A DNA stretch of 64,000 nt from Octopus bimaculoides (lineage: Eukaryota): NCBI RefSeq assembly GCF_001194135.2, contig NC_068997.1:51475739-51539738 (forward strand), read 5' to 3'. The position numbers were made by a program, and so were the translations under genes. The first letter of the stretch is position 1. The number at the start of each line of letters is the position of its first letter. This document shows, in pieces, positions 26,081 to 39,798 of the stretch. The notes beneath the pieces were generated by a model. It saw only the letters and a program-made list of their open reading frames with translations, searched no databases and was not told the origin of the DNA.

Positions 26081-26780
26081 CACAGGCATGCATATGCAAG
26101 CACACGAACACACACACATATACATACATATACACGATATATATACAGTCTCATCCAAACAATACATTTACTTGATGTTGATACATATTAAAATTTATGG
26201 TAGTGTATGATGAAAGTGGGTTATTTAAGAATAAAAGTAGTAATAATGGAGAATGTCAGAAAAAAAATCTTCGTCTTACTGAATTACTGAAATTAATATT
26301 CTTTTCTTACATTTTTAAAAACTTTTTGTGGCGTAATGAAATTATTCAAGAATCGAGAAAGTACATGTTTCGGAATTTTTCCTGTCAGTTATATGCCATT
26401 ATGCCTTGTAATATATATACATTGGGTTGATATGGTTTTTTGTAACAAGGAGCAGACAGATATCCATTCATAAATTTTTTTTCTGAATACTTTCAAAAAT
26501 ATAATCGTATTTTCTTTTAGTTTTCGTAATGAATTACCAATTTTAACCCTCTGCCTGTGCCGTGTATCAAATGTGACTCACAGGTCACATATCGCTGCCC
26601 TCCATGCATCATATATGGTAAGCATTTCTAGTTTGTTGCCCACCACCAGAGTAACGTGGGACTCATGAAAGGAAGTTTTTATATTACTCAGAACGGATGA
26701 AAAAAGGCCCACCAAAAACTCTGAACACAAGCATGGACGTTTATGAAAAACTTACGAAAAACGATAGTAAAAATGATAGT

Positions 26781-26999
26781 AATCCTTTCTACGATAGGCA
26801 CAAGGCCTGGAATTCGTGGGGAGTGGGATAGTCGATCACATCGACCCCAGTACTTGACTGGTACTTAATTTATCGACCCTGAGAGGATGAAAGGCAAAGT
26901 AGACCTCGGCGGGATTTGAACTTAGAACGTAAAGACGTAAGAAATACCGCTAAGCATTTTTGCTCGACGTACTAACGATTCTGCCAGCTCGCAGCTTTA
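26781..26999 (-). mobile_element. SINE family A, full length, tail T1
   Basis: AATCCTTTCTACGATAGGCACAAGGCC...CGACCCTGAGAGGATGAAAGGCAAAG...GATTCTGCCAGCTCGC. Confidence 0.9.
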
Positions 27000-27769
27000 A
27001 TGTAGTCCCATTAATTGGTGTCATAAAACTGGCTGTAATCGGGGATCGAAACCTCGCCGTAGACAATAGGGTCTGAAATATCAACATAAATTCCGATAAG
27101 ATCATCAGCATCAAAAAGTCATTTTGAAAAAGAAAGAATAAAAATAAAATACTCCAATAGATCATAGATCTTTACCTTATATTATGATCTATGATATGAC
27201 TAGTATTTGATTCTTAATGATTTAAAGAAAGTTTTGCGACTTTGTTTCCTTTTTTTATTTGGTATTGTTTTTTTTTTGTGTGCCCTGGCAATTGCAAGTG
27301 TTTTACCCCACACCGTTCCAGACCCTTCCCAATAGTTCATGGTTAACATATGACCAACACCCAACTTTTCTTTTCTTTTTTTTTTTTACCACACCCATTC
27401 CCAAAATTTGAAACAACAAACCATCTTAAATTTAGTGCAGCACAATTGAATAGAGAATCTACTTGAAAAAAAATGTCGGTTTGACCTGTTTAGCAGAGAA
27501 TGTCTGCTGTGATTCCTAACCAGGATGACAGCAGGGGTTTGAAACAGAAATCACAGGAAGAAAGAAAAAAAGAAAGGAACAACGAAAAAGGAAAGAAAAG
27601 ACGAAAGAAAGAAAGGAATAAAGGTAGTAAGCAAAATGGAATAAGAATATTTTGGTCATTATCAGTTCCATTCCTTTCTCTTGACGTAAAAGAAGATAGA
27701 TATAACGGTTAAGCTATTGCTGTAATTTATATGCTACCCATGGTTTTGTTGTCTAACATTGTCCCGCTG

Positions 27770-27821
<52 letters not shown>

Positions 27822-28808
27822 CTATCTATCTATATCTATCTATCTACTTTTCTCTCTATCTATCTATGCACAAAATTCTTTGTGAAATACAAACAATTCT
27901 TGTGTTGTCTTTGTTACAGAGTACAGTTAACTTGGCTGGCTGTGTTTAATGATATGTAACCGGTACGACAAAGCCCCAAATACATTTCCCACGTCATTTT
28001 TACTTTCCACCCCCTCCACTGCTTACTAATCACCCGACTGTTTTCGGTGCAGACGTTCATAACACTGTTTTGTTATGGTGCAATGCTGGTTCTTTCGCTA
28101 TTTTTCTTTTCGCCAATGCTATTCTTATTATTACAAGACCCATCTCTGTGACTGTTAATGTCATTGTTGGTGCTGCTGTTTTAGCTGTTATTAATACGCG
28201 TTTATTGGCACCCATGAAGCGACAGCAAATTCTCGGTGAACCAATCCATTAATTCTTGAAATGAATCGCTTCATTAAAGCTGGTAACACCCATGGGGAAA
28301 GGCATGAAAGTCGTAAAATCTATTATTAACATTCTTCCAAATCTAAATTTTCGTACAAATTTAACGAAAATAAACCATTGTTGTTGATGTTGCTGCATAA
28401 TACCCGAAATAATTATGTTTTTCCTTTAATGTATCTAAGTCTAAGATTCTCCACCCGGATACACACTCGTACGCATTTACGCATACACTTACGTGTGAAT
28501 TTACTTATACACATACACACATAAGTGCAAGTAACCATACACTCACGCATATACAGAATTACATAAATTTATAGAAACACACACAAACATAATTCGATAT
28601 ACATAAACATATACATAAATATAGACGATACTTACATAAACACCAACACACAGATAGGCACGCGCGCCTAATGGCACCACTTTAAGCTTTTACACATAAT
28701 ATACCTTTGTCATCTTATTTCGACTACATTTTACTCTCACTAATTATTTCACTACACTAGTTTTCATAGTTTATCTCCGACATATCTTTCCTATGTACGT
28801 GTGCAAAC

Positions 28809-28858
<50 letters not shown>

Positions 28859-28901
28859 GCACGCACCTGCAAGCACACATATGTACATAAAGACATATTG
28901 T

Positions 28902-28941
<40 letters not shown>

Positions 28942-29258
28942 GCAATTTATGTATGCATACTATTCAAACATATACATGCAGGGCTAATGTTTGNNNNNNN
29001 NNNNNNNNNNNNNNNNNNNNNNNNNNNNNNNNNNNNNNNNNNNNNNNNNNNNNNNNNNNNNNNNNNNNNNNNNNNNNNNNNNNNNNNNNNNNNNNNNNNN
29101 NNNNNNNNNNNNNNNNNNNNNNNNNNNNNNNNNNNNNNNNNNNNNNNNNNNNNNNNNNNNNNNNNNNNNNNNNNNNNNNNNNNNNNNNNNNAGAGAGAGA
29201 GAGAGAGAGATAGATAGATAGATAGATTTTCACACAGCTATTATTATTAAGATTATTA

Positions 29259-29478
29259 TTAAGGCAGTGAGCTGAAAAAATCGTTAGGACGCCGGACAAA
29301 ATACTTAGCGGCATTTCGTCCGTCTTTACTTTCTGAGTTCAAATTCCGCCAAGGTTGATTTTGCCTCCCCTTCTTTCGGGGATGGTAAATTAAGTACCAG
29401 TGAAACACTGGGGTCCGTGCAATCGAATTAACACCTCCCGACAAATTTCAGGCCTTGTGCCTTTAGTAGAAAGGATTG
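29259..29478 (+). mobile_element. SINE family A, full length, in an (ATT)n tract
   Basis: AAGGCAGTGAGCTG...GAGTTCAAATTCCGCC...AGGCCTTGTGCCTTTAGTAGAAAGGATT followed by (ATT)n. Confidence 0.88.
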
Positions 29479-31103
29479 TTATTATTATTATTATCATCAT
29501 TATTATTATTGTCATCATCATTGTCATCATCATCATTTGAATTCAAATCCAGTCTTACAAAGCTTTGAATTTCATCTCTTCAGGGCTGGTAGAGTACAAT
29601 CACATGAGTTTATGTAAAATTCCCTGCTCTCCCCTTTCACACATGAAATTTCTGATCTCGCTCCTCCGTCAGAAATAAACATTTTTCTTTATATTTTATG
29701 TAAGAAATGATTATTTGTTATTTATAATATTAACATATCAATTTTTTTTCTCCAATTTTCATTGAATACATCTGACCCAAATGACATATTTCTTTTTCTT
29801 TTCATATAAATTTTCCGCCATTACGTATCAGCAGATAAAAAAATGAAACACGCCGTTTTTAGTACCTCAGCAAAGACAGTTTTCAAGCGCTCAGCCTGGG
29901 AACATTGAATCTTAACGTTTTTCTGACTTTAATTACATAGGATTAAAGAAATAATTAGGTTAAACGATATTTGTCCTTGAAATGCAATTAATTTACATAA
30001 TAAAAAACGTGAAATTCAATACTTTAATCTTCGTTGGCACTTATAATAGCAGAGTAGACTATACCGCGATGACTCTGGGGATTTTTCTGGAATTTAAAAA
30101 ATGGATGGGAACACATGACTGTATATTCTGTCACTTATGTATAAATATGTACATACGTATGTATATATTTATGCAAGTATGTGTATGTATAAATATATAT
30201 CAGTACATTTACACACACATATATTGGTGTGTATGTATGTATATATATATATATATATATGCATATAGATACACACTCGTTGCATGATTAAGTTCCATAT
30301 ATACATGCACACACCTATACACAAGCACACATACACACACGTGTGTGTGTGTATAAGTATATGTATATATGCATGTATATACACACGCACATTTAAATTA
30401 ATGAATATATTGTACACAAATGTATATACACATGTATATATATGTGTGTAGGTGCGTATATTGATATATATATATATATACACACATATATACATATATA
30501 AATGTATATATACATATATACACATATATACATACATATATATATACATATATACATACATATATGTATATGTATATATATGTACGTACGCGTGTATATA
30601 TCTAGTTTGTAATTCAGTCATGCAATATATACAACGATGCATTGGTACGTGAAAGTTAATCTCATGACAGGACTCAACATGTGGAGTCCAGTGATGGAAG
30701 TTAGTTTTAAAAACAAGGGCTATGTAAATATTAGGGAATCTGAAGTTGAGAATGATGGCGGGTGAGAGAAGCCATAAGCTTCCTCTGTGACATAAAAACT
30801 AGGAAACCACTTTCCCTTGCGCACTCTCTCAATTTCTACCACTGCTTGAGAACATATGTGTACAGTTAAACACCTAGATACACTTGAGACAATAATATAA
30901 TTTATATGTACAGCTATTAAAATAATGTTGCTCAGGAGACTTTGGACTCGATATCTAAAGGTTTCATGTGTTACACATATAATCATCAGTAAAGAAAAAT
31001 GTTTTTTAATCATGCCGCCGTAATACTATCGTCTAATATGTTTTTTGCCAAAATATGTGAAAGCAAAAGACTAAACAGAACGACGGAAAATAAGTGTCCT
31101 ATA

Positions 31104-31368
31104 TACAGCGTGTTCAAAAAGTCCCTCCGTAGTAAACATTTTATTGCAAAGTAATTAAATTGATGGTATAAGACTACAAAATAATATATTAGACTTTACA
31201 AGTTTTTTAAAAAAACTTTATAAGAGGTGCTGAATGTGTAGTCCTTCATTTTCAATACACAAATTGACTCTTCTACACATGTTTTGAAATACATTTTGGA
31301 GTGTTTGACTCTTGCAAAGTCGGAACGAAAAAATATTCACTGCGGAGAAACTTTTTGAACACCCTCTA
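31104..31368 (-). mobile_element. Tc1/mariner internal-deletion derivative with both TIRs, TA TSD and transposase C-terminus
   Basis: TA|CAGCGTGTTCAAAAAGTCCCTCCG ... CGGAGAAACTTTTTGAACACCCTC|TA; minus frame 31319-31218 LCKSQTLQNVFQNMCRRVNLCIENEGLHIQHLL* matches the G.HF.HLL* terminus. Confidence 0.88.
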
Positions 31369-31387
31369 TGTGCTTCAAATATATCTC

Positions 31388-31575
31388 AAGGCAACCTGGC
31401 TGAATCTTTAGCATGTTTGAGATAACGTTTAGCGGCATTACGTCTGACTTTGAGTTCAAGTCCCGCCGAGGTCAAATTTGCTTTTCATCTTTGCAGGTCG
31501 ATAAAATAAAGCATGACCCAAATACTGGGGTCGATGTTATCAACTTGTACCCTGCCCTTAAAATTTCTGACTTTG
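31388..31575 (+). mobile_element. SINE family A, degenerate
   Basis: GAGTTCAAGTCCCGCCGAGGTC...TTTCATCTTTGCAGGTCGATAAAATAA...ACTGGGGTCGATGTTATC. Confidence 0.75.
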
Positions 31576-31579
31576 ACAT

Positions 31580-31690
31580 CTGTAACGGACCGGCGTCTCA
31601 TTCAAGGGTTAATTGGTAATTTAGTCAATTATACGGCATGGAAACAGGGAAATCAGGTAATCGGGAAACTGGCCATCAAACCGACCTCTC
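31580..31690 (+). mobile_element. SINE tail fragment (V-domain-like)
   Basis: GTAACGGACCGGCGTCTCATTCAAGGG resembles GCGAGGGACCGGTGTTCCATCCAGAGG at about 35632. Confidence 0.4.
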
Positions 31691-32930
31691 TACTTATTTT
31701 CTTTAACTAACTTACTTGTTCTACGAATTGCTTTTTACCGAACCGTACATATATATATATATGTATGTATGTATGTATATACAAACACACGCGCACATAT
31801 ATTCTGTTTCAACAGCATATGCTAGATATCAGGGAAAAATGAAAGATAATACCAATAAAACAATAAAATTAAACCACACATATATCTACATATATGCGTG
31901 TGCACAGACAGACAGATAGACACACACACACACACATATATATACACACACGTATATATGTACACACGCATACACGTACAAATCTTTGAGCAAATTATAT
32001 CCTTAGGGATAAAGTGTGTTTGACAACTTTCCCACGAAATTTACACTCTCAAAGATGGTTCCAAGAATTTCCTCGCTAATTCGGCTGGTGTATTTACGTA
32101 GTAAACAATTCCAGTGTAAATTGATTACACCTAAATGATGTTTTTAATATGTCAAAATACATACATGCATACATATATATATACATACACACGTATCTAT
32201 CTATCTATCCATCTATCTATCTATCTACTCGATATGCATTAATATTATATATATATATATATATATACATACATACATAGACATTTATATATATATATAT
32301 GTATATATATACGTATGCATGTATACTCACACACACAAACATGCATACAGAATTACAGACCCTAAACACAAATAACGAATGAAAATGAAGTGAACAAGAG
32401 CCTTTATTATATCAATCTGCAATTGTTTCATCGTATTTGCTTTCATGAATATCACCACATAACAATATATGCAACTATTGATTCATGCATAAATTTATTT
32501 GCTGCAGATACTTGAATTATCGATATTATGTATCGATATCGAGTTGAGTGCGTTTACACGCTCATATTTACATATTAAAAACGAAAGAAAACGAAACAAA
32601 TCCTGGTTTGAATTGGCTAGCCAACTTGAAGGATAAAAATTTAAAAAATATAGAAGGAAATAAAATTCAGAGAAGAGGAAGGTAATTTCCGGCTTTAAGA
32701 AACTCTTTAACGTCGGAGAATAGTTTTATGACTTTATTAAACGTAACAACGCTAACTTCATTTATCGATGTTTATTATATATGTATTATACGAACAAAAA
32801 GGGATTTTGAAGTTTCTGCTTATCGAAGCACTAGATTTATTTGCGGATTTATATGCTTTGAAGTTTGAGATAAGCCCTCCCCGTAAAGAAAATACCTGGT
32901 TTACATATCGCAAATAAACTGCTATGAATA

Positions 32931-32969
<39 letters not shown>

Positions 32970-33420
32970 CAGGTCTGGTAGTCCTGGCAGCGGTGAAGGT
33001 CTCCCGCTAGCGTGTAATAAGGCAACATCGACTTTCAGGTAGTAATATATTTTAGCTTTTGGTATTAAGACTGCTTCTATCTGTTTAATTACTTTTTAAT
33101 AAGCCAACTGGTTTTTAGCGACATCAGTGCCTTGTGATTGCATGTATCTCGCTAGCAGGACAGTTACAGCTAATTCCAGCTGTCACTTATATACCATTGA
33201 CAAAGCCAAAGAAGGCCGAAATCAAAACAACTGGTAGTCACGGCAGATGATTGTCTTCCACTAAGTATATAAACATGAGTGCTCATATGCACTACAAAAA
33301 TCAAGAGAGTGTATCTCGTGGTAAATGTCACAGTATTATACGTTCTAACACACCATCCACTTTTAAGTAGGGACAAATATTACCCTTTGATATTAATACT
33401 GCTTCCGTCGCTTTTATTGC

Positions 33421-33517
33421 TTATGGTTCTGGGTTGAGTCCCACTACATGGCATCTTGGGTAAGTGCCTTCTAAAATAGCCTCAGGGCGACCAAAGCCTT
33501 CTGAATAGATTTGGTAG
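33421..33517 (+). mobile_element. SINE family D, partial
   Basis: GGTTCTGGGTTGAGTCCCACT...CATCTTGGGTAAGTGCCTTCTA...CGACCAAAGCCTT...ATTTGGTAG. Confidence 0.8.
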
Positions 33518-33550
<33 letters not shown>

Positions 33551-33952
33551 NNNNNNNNNNNNNNNNNNNNNNNNNNNNNNNNNNNNNNNNNNNNNNNNNN
33601 NNNNNNNNNNNNNNNNNNNNNNNNNNNNNNNNNNNNNNNNNNNNNNNNNNNNNNNNNNNNNNNNNNNNNNNNNNNNNNNNNNNNNNNNNNNNNNNNNNNN
33701 NNNNNNNNNNNNNNNNNNNNNNNNNNNNNNNNNNNNNNNNNNNNNNNNNNNNNNNNNNNNNNNNNNNNNNNNNNNNNNNNNNNNNNNNNNNNNNNNNNNN
33801 NNNNNNNNNNNNNNNNNNNNNNNNNNNNNNNNNNNNNNNNNNNNNNNNNNNNNNNNNNNNNNNNNNNNNNNNNNNNNNNNNNNNNNNNNNNNNNNNNNNN
33901 NNNNNNNNNNNNNNNNNNNNNNNNNNNNNNNNNNNNNNNNNNNNNNNNNNNN

Positions 33953-33986
<34 letters not shown>

Positions 33987-34605
33987 TAATCCCGAGCATG
34001 ATTTTAAATTGGATCCGATAGTTATTTTTATGGCCCCAAAATGTTTTAATTATCTGTGTAATGAAATATATTTAAAGAACGAACATTATAAAAATTAAAT
34101 AAATGAAATAAGAAATTTTAAAAGAATACAAAAATAAATATCAAAATCAAAAACTGAAAAGAATCTTGCCTTTTCGTTACCTTCTGATTCGACATGGGCG
34201 ATTCAGCTCAAGTTTTCATTGAAAGTAATAAAACTCACCATACCACGCCATTAACGTTAGATCAAAGACCACCACCGTGTCTAACTTACAAACACTTAAG
34301 ATTGTACTATAAGGACATTTTTCAGTACTCATGTGTTGTATGGCAGCTGGCTTTCCTTTAACTTTTATCGTATACTTGTTTACGTCATTCGACTACGGCC
34401 ATACTGGGGCTCATGCTGTGACGAGTCAAATACCCGTTACCTATTTACTACTATCGCTGAAACTTATACATTCTGTAAGGCTGCCTTTGCTATTCCGCTA
34501 TCCAGGGTCCATAATTTAAATAATTCTACATATCGTCTGAAAAATCAATGGATTTCCTATTTCCTAACACAATGAATTAAGAAGTCAATATATATACATA
34601 CATAC

Positions 34606-34655
<50 letters not shown>

Positions 34656-35479
34656 CCTTGCTTTCTTTTCTTTTCTGCTTTGCCTCTATAATCTATCAGT
34701 TTTTTCCATTTCCATAACATTGATTCTTCTTCGTCTGTTTTTTTTATAAACGGAAATATTTCTGAAATAAATACATATGTAAACAGTTTTCTTTTTCACA
34801 ATGTATATCAAAATGCTTAGAAAACGTATTGTCTCGATAAATCTAAAGTTATCTCAAAGCCTTAGCTTTAGAGATTGCTTACGATGCAAACACATTTTGC
34901 TTTATCTAAATCATACATATTCCTGTTATTGTATAAATAAATTTAAATTTTAGTTGTGTGTATTGTAGGGTTAGTGTTCCGCTTCCGGAAGTATACCCGA
35001 GAAAACACTGCGACGTTGTTTTGGCTTTTATTCTGCCTATGCTACTGAGAAAGACAAAATCGCCATATCTTCAATTTTAACAATAATAAGCAACTAATAA
35101 GCCAACAGTTCTGATAAGTTTTACTTCATAGTCAAGACAAGGCAGTACTCATGATCCTTGTAAAGTGCTCTGAAGGTGGAGGCTAGGTAGATGCTCTGAA
35201 TCTCGAAACCTGATCCAAGTGTTTGCTAGAAAGTGGAGTTAACAAAAGGCACACATTTCGTAAACTGGACAGTTGTTTTCGATTCTGGATCGAAGCCTAT
35301 CCTTGTCATTGTTAGTTCTTTGTGTTTCGTAGAAAAATTAATATCACATCAAGCAACTTATTGTCTTCCTTAAAGGGAAGGACATGTCTTTGCTCAATGT
35401 TTAGCTTTTCCTTGTAAGGTATAAGCTGTTGGAGACTAAAATCTAACATACGGTTTCGATTCTTAGCTAGAATCATGCG

Positions 35480-35720
35480 TCATTTAATGGTTAGTAGCTA
35501 GTGTGTTATCTCACGGTCACAAAGTAGTTTCGAGTCCTAGACTGAACAGTGCGTAGTATTTTTGAGAAAAAACGCTTCATTTTACATTGCTCCAGTCCAT
35601 TTAACACTGAACTATTTGGGAAGGTAACCTTGCGAGGGACCGGTGTTCCATCCAGAGGATAGTGCTATAATTTCAGTAACTTATACTCAAGAGAAACCAG
35701 ATTAAAGTACCTGCCTCAGG
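35480..35720 (+). mobile_element. SINE family C, old copy with V-domain-like tail
   Basis: GTTTCGAGTCC B-box, TTTTACATTGCTCCAGTCCA block shared with 51168, then AACCTTGCGAGGGACCGG..CCATCCAGAGG. Confidence 0.55.
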
Positions 35721-35744
35721 TGCTCATAACAGCCCTACACCTAA

Positions 35745-35809
35745 ACTTAGGGAGAGAGAGGGGAGAAGCTTAGGGAGAGAGAGAGAGAGAGGGTTAGAGA
35801 GAAAGGTAT

Positions 35810-35855
<46 letters not shown>

Positions 35856-36302
35856 GGGGGATACAGAGAATGTGAATGAGAGACTGAAGAGGGGGCGTTG
35901 TGGAGGTGTTGCAAAAGTGTGAAAGGAATTGGTTACATAATCCAATGCCTTTGCGAAATGAATGAAACCACAACATCTCATCATTTGTTAAGACATGGTA
36001 TTTTACGTCAAGAACTTGAATTTAGATGTAGCCTTCTTTCATGAAGGCTACAATAAAAAAAAGGCGACAAAATATTGGTTGGAATCTTTCCCAGGGCCCA
36101 TAGAAACGTTCCCACGACACGCTAAGAAAGGGCAAGAAATCTGTAAGTAAAATGGTAAGTCAGTGACAAGTCAAAGAATTGGTTCAATGGTCTGCTGCTA
36201 AATAAATCAGTTTTATCGCTTCTAACGATTAAAATGGCAATAAATAAATAACTATATAAATAAATAAGTAAATATGTAAATGTCGCACGGGAGAGGGAGA
36301 TA

Positions 36303-36350
<48 letters not shown>

Positions 36351-37480
36351 CATAGACAGAACGAGGGGGAAAGACATAGAACGAGAGAGTGAAGTGGGAG
36401 CGTGGGAGAGAGGACAGAGTTTAAGAGAAAGAAAGGCATATGCAAAACAAGGGAGGGAGAGAAGGGAATGTGAGAGAGTAAAGAGGAGCGGTGAGAGACA
36501 GTCTGAGAGAGACATGGACGAGACAAGAAAGGGGGAGACACAAAATGTGAGAGAAACAAGAGGGGGAGAAGGGGAAGAGAGAGAGAGAGTGTGTGTGTGA
36601 AAGGTATAAACAGAAAGAGAGAGGGGGAGAGAAGGTAAGAGAATGAGGGGGTGTGGTGGGGGCGAGGGAGGAGAGGTAAAGAAGCATAATTAAATGTTGA
36701 AAAGTGTGAAGGGAATTGGTTGGAAGAAGAAAGAGAAAATAAGGGGGGGGAGGGACATAAGGGGGTTAAAGTAATAGGGAGGGGTGAGTGGAAAGAAAAG
36801 GGTGGGAGGGGAAGTGGGAGCGATTGTGGGAGGAAAGGTGGGGGAAGTGGGGTGAAGAAGAGGGGCTGGCAGGAATGAAGGAGAAATTAAAATGAAGGAG
36901 AATCAGTGAGAAGGAAAATAAATGAATAAATAAAATCAGGGAAATAAATATATGAATGAAGGAAAAACAAAGAGAAAGAGAAGTGAAAGGTGAAGAAATA
37001 CGCAGATATAGAGAAAGATTAGAATGGAAAACGTGGTGAAAGAAAAGAAGGATGAAAGAGAGAAAGAAGGAAAGAGAGGGAAGAAGGGAAAAGGATAAAG
37101 AAAAGGATGGAAGTTTGGAGATAGAGGAGAGTGGGTGGGGGAGGAGAGGAAGATACGTAAGAAAGCTGAAATGAGCAGGAAGAGACAATAATAAAAATAG
37201 TTACAGAAGAAGTAAAGGTGAAGAAAAAAGAAGAAAGAAAAAAAACACGAAAGGAAGGGTTAGAAATAAAAGAAACATGAAGGAGAAACATGGCGTATAA
37301 AATAGATAACGATAGCGGTGGATGTGGGGAAATAGCGAAAAAAAAAAGAAAAAAAATCGAGGGAGAGAGAAAGACTTGGGGTGGAGAAATGGCTAAATGG
37401 TATATGTGAAAGTAAGAACTGAGAACGAAATAGGGAAGAAGAAGAAGATTTAGAAAGAGGTTGAGTGTGAAAGTGGATGG
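35745..37480. repeat. Long polypurine (GA/GAA/GGA-rich) low-complexity region
   Basis: Strongly purine-skewed plus strand with (GA)n runs, interrupted at about 35940-36290. Confidence 0.9.
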
Positions 37481-37794
37481 AATCTGAAAAATACCGGAAG
37501 TTATACCATCTGCATGTCGTCCAGTAAAGTATTTACAAGACACTATTTACAATGGGAGCAGCGAAGTCTTTTAACAGTGATCTCACTACGTTGTTTCTAT
37601 CAGGGGATAGTTTCTCTCTCTCTCCCCCCTTCTCTCTCTCTCTCTCTGTCTTACAAATGTTACAACAACAAATATGTCTTACAAAATCTTACAACTAAGA
37701 TAAGAAAAAAGGTTTAGCAGCAGCAATAACAACAATGTTACCAACGAACATCGCTTCTAGCGGGAGCAGACAGACATTATGTAGTAATGATAAT

Positions 37795-38013
37795 AATGGT
37801 TTCAAATATTGCCACAAGGGCAGCCATTTTTTAGGGGAGGGGACTAATCGATTACATCGACCCCATTGTTTCACCGGTACTTAATTTATCGACCCCGAAC
37901 GGATGAAAGGTAAAGTCGACCTCAGCGGAATTTGAACTCAGAACGAAGCAGCAGATAAAATACCGCTAAGTAATTTACCCTACGCGTTAACGATTCTGCC
38001 CGCTCGTGGCTTA
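37795..38013 (-). mobile_element. SINE family A, tail T3 variant
   Basis: Reverse complement ends GCTGCCCTTGTGGCAATATTTGAAACCATT; body and head as family A. Confidence 0.88.
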
Positions 38014-38044
38014 GTAGTAGTAGTAGTAGTAGTAATAATAATAA

Positions 38045-38247
38045 TAATCCTTTCTACTATAGGCACAAATTTTGGGGGAGGAAGCCAGTCGATTACATCG
38101 ACCCCAGTACGCAACTGGTACTGAATTTGTCGACCCCGAAAGGATGAAAGGCAAAGTCAACCTCGGCGGAATTTGAGCTTAGAACGTGACGACGGGCGAA
38201 ATACCGCTAAGCATTTTACCCTGCGCGCTAACGATTCTGCTTGCTTA
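38045..38247 (-). mobile_element. SINE family A, tail T1
   Basis: AATCCTTTCTACTATAGGCACAA...CGACCCCGAAAGGATGAAAGGCAAAGTC...GCTAACGATTCTGC; followed by (TAG)n(TAA)n like its neighbour. Confidence 0.9.
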
Positions 38248-38860
38248 GTATTAGTACTACTAGTAGTAGTAGTAGTAGTAGTAATAATAATAATAATAAT
38301 AATAATAATGAAAAAGACTAGAGCAAAGTGGAGTGTTGGCTTTTATCAGTTGATTATAAAATGGCAGTGAAAAATTATGGTTGGCTTTGATGAAAGTGGC
38401 AGGAAACGGCGAAGAAGGAAAATAAAGAAATCCTTCATGTGAGCGTCTGAAGTTCAGAGAATTTTCAAGAAGTTGAATGTATTTTTGGTATTTCCTTGTC
38501 TCACATATAGGCACACATCCATAAATACTCACATATATACATCTGCGCGCACACACATACAGTTACGTAAGCACACACACCCGTGCACACACGGCAAACA
38601 CGTATAAACCGAAACATACACACATAAACATATATAAACATACACACACAAACAGATAGGCGCCTACGCATCCGTGTACACATACAAACACACGCACCTG
38701 CGAACACATACACACAAACATGCACACATACATATACAAAAAATATATACTTGAACACACATACAACCGTACACATACACAGGCAGACACGAATACATAC
38801 ACATTCATGCTCACAGGCAAACACCAGCACCTATGCACACATCGCAAACACATTCACATT

Positions 38861-38899
<39 letters not shown>

Positions 38900-38969
38900 G
38901 TACCTCTCTTCACATAATTTATCTCTCTTCGTTTATTTGTCCTCATAATCTCATGTCCAACAATATTCT

Positions 38970-39405
38970 TTTCTGCTCTAAGCACAAGGCACAAAATTTG
39001 GGGGTGGGGGGAGGCGGCAAGCCGATTAGATCGACCCAACTACGCAACTGGTACTTAATTTATCTGCTCTGAAAGGATGATAAGCAAAGTCGACATTGGT
39101 AGAATTTGAACTCAAAACGTAAAGACAGACGAAATACCGCTAAACATTTCGCTCGGCTTGCTAACGTTTCTTATTTCTTTATTGTCCACAAGGGGCTAAA
39201 CATAGGGGGGACAAACAAAGACAGACAAAGGGATTAAGTAGATTACATCGACCCCAGTGCGTAACTGGTACTTAATTTATCGACCTCGAAAGGATGCAAG
39301 GCAAAGTCGACCTCGGCGGAATTTGAACTCAGAACGTATCGGCAGACGAAATACCGCTCAGCATTTCGCCCGACGTGCTAACATTTCTGCCAGCTCGCCG
39401 CCTTA
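38970..39405 (-). mobile_element. Complete dimeric SINE family A (436 bp) with 17-bp TSD
   Basis: ATGTCCAACAATATTCT at 38953-38969 and 39406-39422 flanks two head-body units joined at about 39167. Confidence 0.93.
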
Positions 39406-39798
39406 ATGTCCAACAATATTCTGCCACAAATATGACCAGCCCTGAAGAGCAAATAATAAACCCCTTTCTCGTCATCTAGGTGATATGGGTTCGACTCCCA
39501 ACTACAGCAATTTTGCCGCCAAATCTGAGCTTCTGCTTATATAGAAGTGGAAAAAAATAGGCTGTATTATCCGAAGAAGTCAACACATTTTCTCAATAAC
39601 TTGGATACTTTCTTGAGTCTTTAATATCCACTTATGTTTATCGAATGGTGAAATAATATAACTGAAACAGGAGTTGTTCTGTCACCGATTCCGAAACCCA
39701 CAAGAGGACACTGTCGAACTAATATCACAAGCTCACGTAACATTTGGCAATTTTATGACTAACGCCCACAGCGGCGTCGATTTACGGTTAGATAGTCT

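Noticed and set aside
36122-37543. Leu/Ser/Phe-rich minus-strand ORFs resembling membrane proteins (also 46603-47004 and 53645-54454)
   Set aside because: Translation of polypyrimidine (CT)n and (TCTA)n tracts
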